This document shows, piece after piece, positions 47,808 through 56,891 of a stretch of 64,000 nucleotides of DNA. Every line of letters begins with the position of its first letter. Positions within the stretch are counted from its first letter, which is position 1. Under the pieces are notes generated by a model. It was not told the origin of the DNA, ran no database searches, and saw nothing but the letters and a program-made list of their open reading frames with translations. The stretch is taken from positions 1 through 64,000 of the forward strand of contig JBFMCP010000014.1 in NCBI GenBank assembly GCA_040754455.1. Reading direction: 5' to 3'. Both the position numbers and the translations under genes were made by a program. This stretch comes from Nitrospirota bacterium. Lineage in GTDB: Bacteria > Nitrospirota > Thermodesulfovibrionia > Thermodesulfovibrionales > Dissulfurispiraceae.

Positions 47808-49076
47808 ATGGAACAGATAACCTTAGACTGTCTTCGTCCGCAGCTGGTATGCCAGATCATGGATGAGGAGTTCGGCGCGCTGGGATACCTGGTCATTGAC
47901 CGGACCGTAGGGGCCAATCCCTGCGGCGGCGGCATCCGGTTTGCACCGGGATTGACCGTCGAGGAGATTGCCCAATTGGCCCGGGTCATGACGCTGAAGT
48001 TCAGCTTCCTCAACTTTCCACACGGAGGCGCCAAGGCAGGCATTACTGTCCCCGCCCCTCTCTTTGCACAGCACAGGGAGCGGGTCATGGCCGCCTTCGG
48101 GAAGAGCATGGGGATACTCCTCAAAAGGAATGTCTACTTTACGGGAGAAGACATGGGGACGACCATCGATGATATCAACATCATCCAGCAGGTCCTCGGC
48201 AATCCTCCGTATCTCTCGAGCAGCGACAGCATCGCGTATACGGCACTGACGGTCTTCGAAGTCATCAGGCAGAGTGTCTTCCACCGTGGCCTGAAATTCT
48301 CCTCGTTGACCGCCGCCATTGAGGGGTTCGGCAAAGTAGGGAGCGAGCTGGCGGTGCTCCTCGCCAACGAGGGGGTATCAATCCGAGCTGTTTCGACCGC
48401 CGCAGGGGCACTGTACCGCTCTTCGGGGCTTGATGTCGGCGCAATGGTATCGCTCAGGCAGACCTATGGCGACAGTTTTGTTCAGCATATGAAAGGCGCC
48501 GACCTGATCGATCACGCCGATGTGCTGACGCAGGATGTCGATCTCCTCATTCCCTGTGCACGGACATGGTCTATACACATCGGGAATGCGGCACGGATGA
48601 AGGCATCCCTCATTGTCCCTGCCGCCAATGCGCCGGTTACCCCGGGGGCAGAACAGGTGCTGGCACGGAAGGGAGTTCTTTATGTGCCCGATTTTGTCGC
48701 GAATTGCGGCGCAGTCCTCAGTTCGAGAATGTCGGCCCTCGGTTTCAGCGGTGCCGTTATACGGCATACGATCCAGGAGGTGTTTGCCGGCAAGGTGGCA
48801 CGTCTGCTCGAAGTCGCCGGCCACAAAGGGATCAGCCCTCTCCAGTTCGCCAGGGCGATTGCCTGGCGCAATTTTCACAAAATGAACGAAAAGGCGGCCC
48901 CCTCTCTGCCGGGGAACACTGACAGGGGATGCCCTTCGGGGAAAATACGGGAGGCCTTGAGCGCGATGAAGAAGAAGGCCCGTCTGCTTGCCAGGACCGA
49001 AGATGATCAGCAGGCTGCATTCTCGCGGTTTGCACAGCGCCTCGTCGGTGCAATAACCGTCTACCCGTCGGAGTAG
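47808..49076 (+). CDS. Glu/Leu/Phe/Val dehydrogenase family protein (divergent)
   Basis: Motifs GGGIRF, LARVMTLKF, GGAKAGI, GEDMGT, EGFGKVG, DLLIPCA, PAANAPVT, VPDFVANCG. Confidence 0.85.
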   Translation: MEQITLDCLRPQLVCQIMDEEFGALGYLVIDRTVGANPCGGGIRFAPGLTVEEIAQLARVMTLKFSFLNFPHGGAKAGITVPAPLFAQHRERVMAAFGKSMGILLKRNVYFTGEDMGTTIDDINIIQQVLGNPPYLSSSDSIAYTALTVFEVIRQSVFHRGLKFSSLTAAIEGFGKVGSELAVLLANEGVSIRAVSTAAGALYRSSGLDVGAMVSLRQTYGDSFVQHMKGADLIDHADVLTQDVDLLIPCARTWSIHIGNAARMKASLIVPAANAPVTPGAEQVLARKGVLYVPDFVANCGAVLSSRMSALGFSGAVIRHTIQEVFAGKVARLLEVAGHKGISPLQFARAIAWRNFHKMNEKAAPSLPGNTDRGCPSGKIREALSAMKKKARLLARTEDDQQAAFSRFAQRLVGAITVYPSE

Positions 49077-49081
49077 GGATC

Positions 49082-50944
49082 ATGCCGGGTATTTCTGTCA
49101 TCTATGATCCCTCGGGGGAAGGAGCCGGGCACGAATCACTGATGGTACGCATGTGCGCTCTTCTCCAGCGTTCGGGCAGGGAGGGTCCTGTCGAGTGCTA
49201 CAGCGGTCCGGGATTCAGCATCGGCCGGTGCCGGCCTGCACTCATCAACCGTTCGCCGCAGCCGTCCTGGAATGAAAAAAAGACGATCTGCGCCTTTTTC
49301 CATGGTGAACTCCTCGACGGTCACCGCCACAGGAGCATGCTGGAGCGCAGGGGACATCATCTTTCGGATGCCGATCATGCAGCGCTGGTGGTCCATCTTT
49401 ATGAAGAAGCTGGTGAGGATTTTATTCACGGACTGAACGGCAGGTTTTCCCTTGTCCTCTGGGATAGTCTCCGCGAGAGGCTTATTATCGCCAACGACCG
49501 CTACGGTCTGCATCCATTGTATACGGCATCCCACAATGGGATCTATCGTTGGGCTTCGTCAACAAAGGCGATTCTGGCCGATGAGCAATTCCCCCGGAAG
49601 GTCAATCTGGCGGCCCTGGCTGATTTCCTCTGCCTTAATGTTCCACAGTCGGACGATACCCTTTTTTACGGCATTCACGAGGTACCGCCGGCGAGCATCA
49701 TCAGCTGTGAGCAGGGGACGGTGAGCTGCCGGCAGTACTGGGACATGAAGTTCCAGGAGGAGGAGACCCGCATCCCTGCAGAGGAGTACCTGCACGAGCT
49801 GATTGCCCTGTGTAGGCGATCGGCGGAACGGAGACAATCTGGTCAGGGGAGATTCGGCTTTCTTTTGAGCGGAGGAATGGATTCACGCCTGATCCTGAGC
49901 GTACTCAACCGGGAGGCGGTGAAGACCTTTACCTTCGGCACCCCCCTCTCAGCCGATGTCCGTTATGCCCGTAAGGTGGCGCGGGTGGCACGCGTGCCCC
50001 ATAGGGCGCTCGAGATTAAGCCGGATTACCTTAAAACCTTCGCCCTGACCGGCATTGAGCGCACTGAGGACCTCATCAACTGCAATCAATTCCACGGCAT
50101 CAGTGTCTATGATGAGATCGCACTTCACGTGGATACCCTTGCGACCGGATCGGTGGGCGAGGACATATTCGGTCATTTCAATAAAGATCCGGAAAGCGCC
50201 TTCTGGGGGAGAGGGTTTACCGTCGATCGATACTATGATATGAAGTGCATCACGACCGACGAAGAGTTGGGCCAGCTGCTCGCTCCTCCCTATTCCAAAG
50301 TATTACAGCAGGTTGCTAGAGCACGATTTCATAAGGACTTCGGAAAGTACCAGTCGGCGCACGTCACGCATCGGGTGGATTACTGGGGCATGCGGCAGCA
50401 GCAGCGCCGTGTGTTCACACGACTCTCATCTCTTTTCCCTGATAACCTTGTCTATTGCCCCTTCTTTTTCGATAATGATCTGATCGATTTTGTGCAGAAG
50501 ATCCCCCCCTCGCTGCGGTGGGGTGAGCGCTCACTCTACCGGCGTATGCTTACCCGTACGGCGCCCGACCTTGCTGCACTGCCGGCGACGACTACCAACG
50601 GCCTGCCGCTGACGGCGACGCACCGGCAGATGAGCCGACATGAGAAAATGATGCACTTGCGGCGCGGGATCGCTCATATGACCAGAGGGCTGCTCCCCTG
50701 CGCCTATCAAAGTTTTTATGTGGATTACGATGCATGGCTGCGAAAGGACCTGAGGGAATGGGCAGAGACCGTGGTGTTTGATCCCTTGACCATGAGCAGA
50801 GGATACTGGAACCCGGCAGCAGTACGAAAGCTTTGGGACGATCACCAGCGGGGGTATGGCCCCCTGCGCCTCATGGCAGCGAAGCTGACGTCGATCGTCA
50901 GCTTTGAGCTCTGGTGCAGGCTCTACCTTGACGGACGGAGTTAA
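49082..50944 (+). CDS. Asparagine synthetase B-like amidoligase lacking the N-terminal catalytic Cys
   Basis: Starts MPGIS. Motifs FFHGEL, LNGRFS, NDRYGLHPLY, LLSGGMDSR, CPFFFDNDL, FELWCR. Confidence 0.85.
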   Translation: MPGISVIYDPSGEGAGHESLMVRMCALLQRSGREGPVECYSGPGFSIGRCRPALINRSPQPSWNEKKTICAFFHGELLDGHRHRSMLERRGHHLSDADHAALVVHLYEEAGEDFIHGLNGRFSLVLWDSLRERLIIANDRYGLHPLYTASHNGIYRWASSTKAILADEQFPRKVNLAALADFLCLNVPQSDDTLFYGIHEVPPASIISCEQGTVSCRQYWDMKFQEEETRIPAEEYLHELIALCRRSAERRQSGQGRFGFLLSGGMDSRLILSVLNREAVKTFTFGTPLSADVRYARKVARVARVPHRALEIKPDYLKTFALTGIERTEDLINCNQFHGISVYDEIALHVDTLATGSVGEDIFGHFNKDPESAFWGRGFTVDRYYDMKCITTDEELGQLLAPPYSKVLQQVARARFHKDFGKYQSAHVTHRVDYWGMRQQQRRVFTRLSSLFPDNLVYCPFFFDNDLIDFVQKIPPSLRWGERSLYRRMLTRTAPDLAALPATTTNGLPLTATHRQMSRHEKMMHLRRGIAHMTRGLLPCAYQSFYVDYDAWLRKDLREWAETVVFDPLTMSRGYWNPAAVRKLWDDHQRGYGPLRLMAAKLTSIVSFELWCRLYLDGRS

Positions 50945-50948
50945 GAGA

Positions 50949-51941
50949 ATGGGACGAGATAACGTGAATGTCATATCCGGTGAGCCGCTGGTCAGTGTGA
51001 TTACTCCCGTGCATAACGGAGAAAAGCACCTGGAGGAATGCATCGAGAGTGTGCTGCGCCAGACCTACGATCGCTGGGAATACATCCTCGTCAACAACTG
51101 CAGCACGGATCGCACCCCCGAGATCATCCGCCGCTATGCACGGCAGGAGCCGAGGATACGGGTAGTGAATACCCCCTGTCTGCTGGAGATCATGAAGAAC
51201 TGGAACCATGCGCTGCGCCAGATCTCGCCCGAAAGCGCCTACGTGAAGGTCGTACATGCTGATGACTGGCTCTTTCCCGAGTGCCTTTCAAAAATGGTTG
51301 CCGTTGCCGAGGCACACCCGTCGGTCGGCATCGTGGGGTCGTATCGGATTGATGACACCAAGGTGAACTGCGATGGGTTGCCCTATCCGAGCACGGTGGT
51401 TCCGGGCCGGGAGGTCTGCCGTGATACACTCCGTGAGAAGCTCTACGTTTTCGGTTCTCCGACCACCCTCCTGATACGGTCCGCTATCGTCAGACGATGC
51501 GACACCTTTTACAACGAGAGCAATTTTCATGCTGATACTGAAATATGCTTCGATATACTCAGGGAGCATGACTTCGGCTACGTGCATCAGGTGCTTTCCT
51601 ATACCCGCAGGGACAAGGAGGCAATGACCTCTTTCGCGCGGCGGCATAACACCTTCCTGCCCAGCAGCCTCTATCTCCTGAAAAAGTACGGGGCTGTCTA
51701 CCTCTCTCCTGAGGAGTACCGGATTCGTCTGAACGCCAAGGTGAATGCATACTACCGCTTTCTCGCGAAAGGCATTTTGGAGCGGAGGGACCGCCAGTTC
51801 TGGAATTACCATAAAAAGGCGCTGGCGATGATGGGATACCGGCTGAATTCCTACAGAATGGCACGGGGCATGATCCTCGAGCTTATGCATGCAGCACAGA
51901 ATCCGGTGATGGCGCTCTCGAGACTGATGAAAAGGGCATAA
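50949..51941 (+). CDS. Glycosyltransferase family 2
   Basis: Motifs PLVSVITPVHNG, VNNCSTDRT, HADDWL. Confidence 0.9.
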   Translation: MGRDNVNVISGEPLVSVITPVHNGEKHLEECIESVLRQTYDRWEYILVNNCSTDRTPEIIRRYARQEPRIRVVNTPCLLEIMKNWNHALRQISPESAYVKVVHADDWLFPECLSKMVAVAEAHPSVGIVGSYRIDDTKVNCDGLPYPSTVVPGREVCRDTLREKLYVFGSPTTLLIRSAIVRRCDTFYNESNFHADTEICFDILREHDFGYVHQVLSYTRRDKEAMTSFARRHNTFLPSSLYLLKKYGAVYLSPEEYRIRLNAKVNAYYRFLAKGILERRDRQFWNYHKKALAMMGYRLNSYRMARGMILELMHAAQNPVMALSRLMKRA

Positions 51942-52077
51942 CCCGCGCTCGGGCCGGAAACAGGACAGTGCAGGGACTGTAGAGTAAAAACCCTTGTAAT
52001 GCTTGTATCTTTTCCCCTACCCCGTTAGGAAAAAATCTGATACAATTGAAAGGAAATCTACTCTGAAGGGGGATCCC

Positions 52078-53376
52078 GTGTATACGTCCAAGAGGGTCGT
52101 GCAAGCGAGGTCGCATCAGGAGCTGTACCGGCATGGTCGTTGTATGACATTCTTAGTGCTTCTGTTGATAGGTGTATGTTGTACCGCTGCTGAAACATTG
52201 GGAGCCGAGTTCGAATTCCACCCGGGCATTGCGGTGCGGGAGGAGTACAACGACAATCTTTTTCTGAGCGAGGAGAGCAAAGAGCATGAGTTCATTACCC
52301 GGGTGTTGCCTTCTGTCGAAGCGCGCTATGCCGCCTCGTTATGGACATGGGATCTCAAGTACACGCTGGATTATATTCACTATGCCCGAAACTTGAGGGG
52401 TTCCGAGACACTCCACCACCTCAATCTCAGCGGCCTCATCGAGCCGGTCAAAGGCAAGCTCTTCGTGAAGGTGATAGAAGAATACGGCAGGGTGTCGCTC
52501 GATATCACCAGAGATTTTACACGGGAGAGCACGTTCGCCCGTCAGTCGGACAGGAATTTCCTGAGCGTCAATCCGTACTACGTATTCCGCCTCAGCCCTG
52601 TACTGACCGTCACCGCAGGATATATTTTCGCTGATACGAGGTACGACTCCAAGGCCGGGGTCGATAAGACCGACCACACGCTGTATGTCGAATCGGCGTA
52701 TGACGTGTCCCGCTACACGTCGCTTACCGCAGGCTACAAGTTTGTCCAGGAAGACAGCGAGAGAGACGATTTTCTCAGACATGATGTGTATGTGGGCGCG
52801 CGCCACGAGTATGCGGATAAATCGTTCATTACCCTGAGGATCGGCAACAGCCTGTGGGACTATGATACCAAGGACAGCAACAGCCAGATATTCTGGAGTG
52901 CAGGACTCACTCATAATTTCAGGACCTTTACAGGCTTTCTTGAAACCGGGGTCGATTACTATGAGGACCCCCAGGGTACGGTGCGGCGGGTCACCAGATA
53001 CCTGGCGGGAATCAAGGCCCTGAAGGATAGGGCAGAGCTTAACCTCTCGGCAGGTGCAACAAAATACAAGGACGAGGACACGGAGCTGTCCGGCACGTCG
53101 GACCGGGAAACGAAGTATGGGGCCACAGGTACATTGAAGTACGAGCTGACTCCGAAGATGACGGGGTTCCTCGACCTCACGGTGGAGAGAATCGAGCATG
53201 ATGACGCCGACACCCATACGAAACGGTTCCTCGGCGGGCTCAAGCTCGACTACCTCCTGTGGGAAAACACGGTACTATCGCTCTCCTACTATTACACCGA
53301 TAGCTCCTCGCCGGACATCCCGGGCGACAATTACGAAAACAACAGAGTGTTTGCAGAGGTGAAAAAGAGGTTCTAA
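52078..53376 (+). CDS. Outer-membrane beta-barrel protein, PEP-CTERM/EPS associated (start may be ATG 52144)
   Basis: Hydrophobic leader, P.IAVREEYNDNLF, alternating aromatic beta strands, ends YENNRVFAEVKKRF. Confidence 0.8.
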   Translation: MYTSKRVVQARSHQELYRHGRCMTFLVLLLIGVCCTAAETLGAEFEFHPGIAVREEYNDNLFLSEESKEHEFITRVLPSVEARYAASLWTWDLKYTLDYIHYARNLRGSETLHHLNLSGLIEPVKGKLFVKVIEEYGRVSLDITRDFTRESTFARQSDRNFLSVNPYYVFRLSPVLTVTAGYIFADTRYDSKAGVDKTDHTLYVESAYDVSRYTSLTAGYKFVQEDSERDDFLRHDVYVGARHEYADKSFITLRIGNSLWDYDTKDSNSQIFWSAGLTHNFRTFTGFLETGVDYYEDPQGTVRRVTRYLAGIKALKDRAELNLSAGATKYKDEDTELSGTSDRETKYGATGTLKYELTPKMTGFLDLTVERIEHDDADTHTKRFLGGLKLDYLLWENTVLSLSYYYTDSSSPDIPGDNYENNRVFAEVKKRF

Positions 53377-54351
53377 ATGGAAACAGTGCTCGTAACCGGC
53401 GGAGCCGGGTTTATCGGCAGCAACCTCGCCGAAGCGCTCCTCGCGCGGGGATACCGGGTGGTGATTGTTGATGACCTCAGTACAGGGAAGATGGAGAACA
53501 TTCGACATCTGCTCGGGGACAACAGGGTTTTCTTCGTACGGGGCAGTATTCTTGATGAGGGGCTGCTCCGGAAGCTGCTTGCAGAGCACCGGGTCTCACT
53601 CATCTCCCACCAGGCAGCGAGACCGAGTGTGGTAAAGAGCGTTATCGACCCGGTGAAGACAACGGACAACAATGTAAAGGGCACGGTCAATCTCTTCCAC
53701 TGCGCAGTCCAGTGCGGCTGCAGACGGATCGTCTTTGCAAGCTCCTCTTCGGTGTACGGGGATACTCCCGAGCTTCCCAAGAGGGAGTCCATGCCCCTCC
53801 GTCCGAAATCTCCCTACGCCGTATCAAAAGCGGCAAAGGAGCTCTATGCACAGGTCTTTACCCAATTGTACGACATTGAGATCGTGGGGCTCAGATACTT
53901 CAATGTCTACGGCAGGAGGCAGGACCCTGACTCGGAATACGCAGCGGTGATCCCCAAATTCGTGACCAGTGCATTGGAGGGCAAGCCGCTGCAGATAGAA
54001 GGCGACGGCCTCCAGACGAGGGACTTCTCTTATATCGATGACGTTGTCGCGGCGAACCTGGGCGCCCTTACTGCGGAGCATGTCTCGGGCATGGTCTTCA
54101 ATATCGCCTGCGGTACGCGCATCGGCATTCTGGAGCTTGCGCAACGGATCAAAGAGCTTACTGGCTCACGCTCGGAAATAACGCACGGACCATCCCGTCC
54201 CGGCGATGTGCGTGATTCCCTCGCCGACATAGAAAGCGCCCGCACCGCTCTCGGCTTTAATCCGGAATACGATATTACAAGAGGATTGATAGAGACTATC
54301 ACATGGTTCAGGGCTCATCACCCTCGCCCTGCCGAAGCCGCCAGCGCATAA
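53377..54351 (+). CDS. NAD-dependent UDP-sugar 4-epimerase (WbpP-like SDR)
   Basis: Motifs TGGAGFIGSN, HQAA.PSV, ASSSSVYG, SPYAVSK, LRYFNVYG.RQDP, YAAVIPKF, RPGDVRDS. Confidence 0.9.
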   Translation: METVLVTGGAGFIGSNLAEALLARGYRVVIVDDLSTGKMENIRHLLGDNRVFFVRGSILDEGLLRKLLAEHRVSLISHQAARPSVVKSVIDPVKTTDNNVKGTVNLFHCAVQCGCRRIVFASSSSVYGDTPELPKRESMPLRPKSPYAVSKAAKELYAQVFTQLYDIEIVGLRYFNVYGRRQDPDSEYAAVIPKFVTSALEGKPLQIEGDGLQTRDFSYIDDVVAANLGALTAEHVSGMVFNIACGTRIGILELAQRIKELTGSRSEITHGPSRPGDVRDSLADIESARTALGFNPEYDITRGLIETITWFRAHHPRPAEAASA

Positions 54352-54392
54352 TAGCATCTTTTCTTCTCTTATAACCATTCTGATTACTCCCT

Positions 54393-55238
54393 ATGGTCAA
54401 CGCATTGACGATTGACGTCGAAGATTACTTTCATGTCACGGCCTTTGAACAGTACGTCAAGCCGGAGGAATGGGAGTGTTATCCGTCCAGGGTGGTCGAC
54501 AATACCCTGAGAGTCCTCGACATTCTCGACGAGACCTCGAAGAAAGCGACCTTTTTTGTCCTCGGCTGGGTGGCTGAACGGAACCCCTCGCTGGTGAGGA
54601 CGATTCAGGAGCGTGGACATGACATCGCCAGCCACGGGTATGCCCATGAGCTGGTGTACCGCATCGGTCCCGTGCGATTCAGAGATGATATAAGGAGAGC
54701 GAAACGGCTGATCGAAGATGTTACCGGGAAAGAGGTCACCGGATACCGGGCGCCGAGCTATTCGATCACGAAAAAATCGCTCTGGGCGTATGACATCCTT
54801 CTCGAAGAGGGCTTTTCGTATGATTCGAGCGTCTTCCCGATCCTGCACGATATCTACGGAATCCCAGATGCGCAGCGTTTCCCCTATGACGTGAAGAGGC
54901 CGTCGGGAACGCTGAAGGAGTTCCCCCTTTCGACCATACAGCTTCGCCTTTCAGGGCTCGAATACCGCGTCCCTATCGCAGGAGGAGGATATCTCCGGCT
55001 CTTTCCGACGGGACTGATAAAGAGAGCGATACAGCATATCAACCATACTGAACAGCAGCCGGCAGTGCTCTATTTCCACCCCTGGGAGATCGATCCGAAG
55101 CAGCCGCGCATAGCGGCCTCGTTCAAGTCCCGGTTCCGCCATTACCTGAACCTCGACAAGACCGCCGATAAGGTGCGCTGCCTGCTGCGGCAATTCGATT
55201 TCGGCCCGATGAAGGATATCCTCTATGCGCAACGATGA
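54393..55238 (+). CDS. XrtA-system polysaccharide deacetylase (DUF3473 type)
   Basis: Motifs NALTIDVEDYFH, ATFFVLGWVAE, IASHGYAH, GYRAPSYS, GGGYLRL, YFHPWEIDP.QPR. Confidence 0.92.
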   Translation: MVNALTIDVEDYFHVTAFEQYVKPEEWECYPSRVVDNTLRVLDILDETSKKATFFVLGWVAERNPSLVRTIQERGHDIASHGYAHELVYRIGPVRFRDDIRRAKRLIEDVTGKEVTGYRAPSYSITKKSLWAYDILLEEGFSYDSSVFPILHDIYGIPDAQRFPYDVKRPSGTLKEFPLSTIQLRLSGLEYRVPIAGGGYLRLFPTGLIKRAIQHINHTEQQPAVLYFHPWEIDPKQPRIAASFKSRFRHYLNLDKTADKVRCLLRQFDFGPMKDILYAQR

Positions 55239-56607
55239 GAGGAACAGGGGGGACTTCTACGCAAGAATAGCACGGCGTATTGTCGCGCCGCTTTGGGCAT
55301 TCAAAGAGCGAAGCCCCTATTTGAAGCACCTTGCCTACCTGAAGACATCGCCGTATCGTCCGATCGGGGAAGTGCGCGCCGACCAGTGGCGGCGTCTGAA
55401 GGACCTCCTCGGGCATGCCTACCGGAATACGGCATACTATGCGGCAGCATTCAGGGCCGGCGGCATTGTACCCGACGACATAGCCTCATGGGAGGACTTC
55501 ACCCGTTTGCCGCTCCTTACCAAAGAAGATATACGGGCGCATAAGGACGATATGGTGGCACGGAACATGCCCCGGGAACGACTCATGCCGAAGAAGACGT
55601 CGGGGTCAACCGGCGTCTCTCTTGAGTTCTATGTGGATGAGGAGAGCCTCCAATGGAAGCGGGCCTGCGCCCTACGCCACGACATGTGGACAGGATGGAA
55701 GCTCGGAGAGCGGGTAGGGGCGCTCTGGGGCAATCCGGAGTACAGAAAAAACTGGCGCGGGCATGTCAGAAATGCCCTGCTCGAACGGGCTATCTATCTC
55801 GACACCCTGAAAATGGATGAGCAGGAGATGCTCGCATTCTATTATCGTATAAAGCGGAAAAAACCGACGCTCCTCTTCGGGCATGCCCACTCGCTCTTTC
55901 TTTTCGCCCGGTTTCTTGATCGACGGGGCCTCGCCGATATCAGGCCCATGGGAATCATCAGCAGCGCCATGGTGTTGCACGATTTCGAACGTCGTGAAAT
56001 CGAGAAGGTCTTCGACTGCAGTGTCACCAACCGGTACGGCTGCGAGGAGGTGAGCCTCATCGCCTGTGAATGCAGCGAGCATAAGGGATTCCATATCAAT
56101 ATGGATACGCTCGTGGTCGAATTCATCCGGGAGGGCAGGCCGGTGCAGGCGGGAGAGCCCGGCGCCGTTGTGGTGACCGATCTTACCAACAGGGGCATGC
56201 CGTTCATCCGCTACAAGGTCGGCGACGCGGGAGTCCCTTCGGACCGTGCCTGCAGGTGCGGCTGCACCTATCCGCTCATCGAGTCGCTCGAGGGAAGGAG
56301 TGCCGACTATGTGGTGACCCCCGAGGGGAAATACATTTCTGGCATATCGCTGACCGAGAACTTCGCCATGCTCCTCGGGGGGATAAAGCAGCTGCAGATC
56401 GTTCAGGAGCATCTCGACTATCTCATCTTCAGGATCGTGAAGGGAGAGTCTTTTACGAGCAGTCTGCTCAAAGACTTGGACAGGCTTGTCGTGCAGAGGT
56501 TCGGCAAAGGGATCAGGTATTCGGTGCAGTTCGTGGATTCCATACAGCAGGAACGGTCGGGGAAATACCGCTTCTGCATCTCGAATATCAAGAATCCCTT
56601 TACATAG
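55225..56607 (+). CDS. Phenylacetate-CoA ligase-like (PaaK/CapK) adenylate-forming enzyme
   Basis: Motifs LPLLTKEDI, TSGSTG, NRYGCEEV, TDLTNRGMPFIRYKVGD, EGRSAD, SGKYR. Confidence 0.85.
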   Translation: MRNDERNRGDFYARIARRIVAPLWAFKERSPYLKHLAYLKTSPYRPIGEVRADQWRRLKDLLGHAYRNTAYYAAAFRAGGIVPDDIASWEDFTRLPLLTKEDIRAHKDDMVARNMPRERLMPKKTSGSTGVSLEFYVDEESLQWKRACALRHDMWTGWKLGERVGALWGNPEYRKNWRGHVRNALLERAIYLDTLKMDEQEMLAFYYRIKRKKPTLLFGHAHSLFLFARFLDRRGLADIRPMGIISSAMVLHDFERREIEKVFDCSVTNRYGCEEVSLIACECSEHKGFHINMDTLVVEFIREGRPVQAGEPGAVVVTDLTNRGMPFIRYKVGDAGVPSDRACRCGCTYPLIESLEGRSADYVVTPEGKYISGISLTENFAMLLGGIKQLQIVQEHLDYLIFRIVKGESFTSSLLKDLDRLVVQRFGKGIRYSVQFVDSIQQERSGKYRFCISNIKNPFT

Positions 56608-56891
56608 CTATTTATTGTTAATGCTTATTTATCGAAAAAATGTTTTTTTACTGTAAATAACCTCATTACAATTAATAACCATGAATGACTTTTAAGAGCC
56701 TCTAACGAAATGAAAGAGCCCGGAGTCGGGCAGGGTAGAGTATGAGGGCGGTTTAGACAGCCTACGCGTAACCAGGGATGGTGAAGCAGGCTGTCTCCCT
56801 CGGAGGAATGCGTGGATGTATTCCGAGAATGAGCGATCATACTCTGCCTTCTCTGACTCCCTCTTCCTCATTCCGCTATACGCTCTAAATA

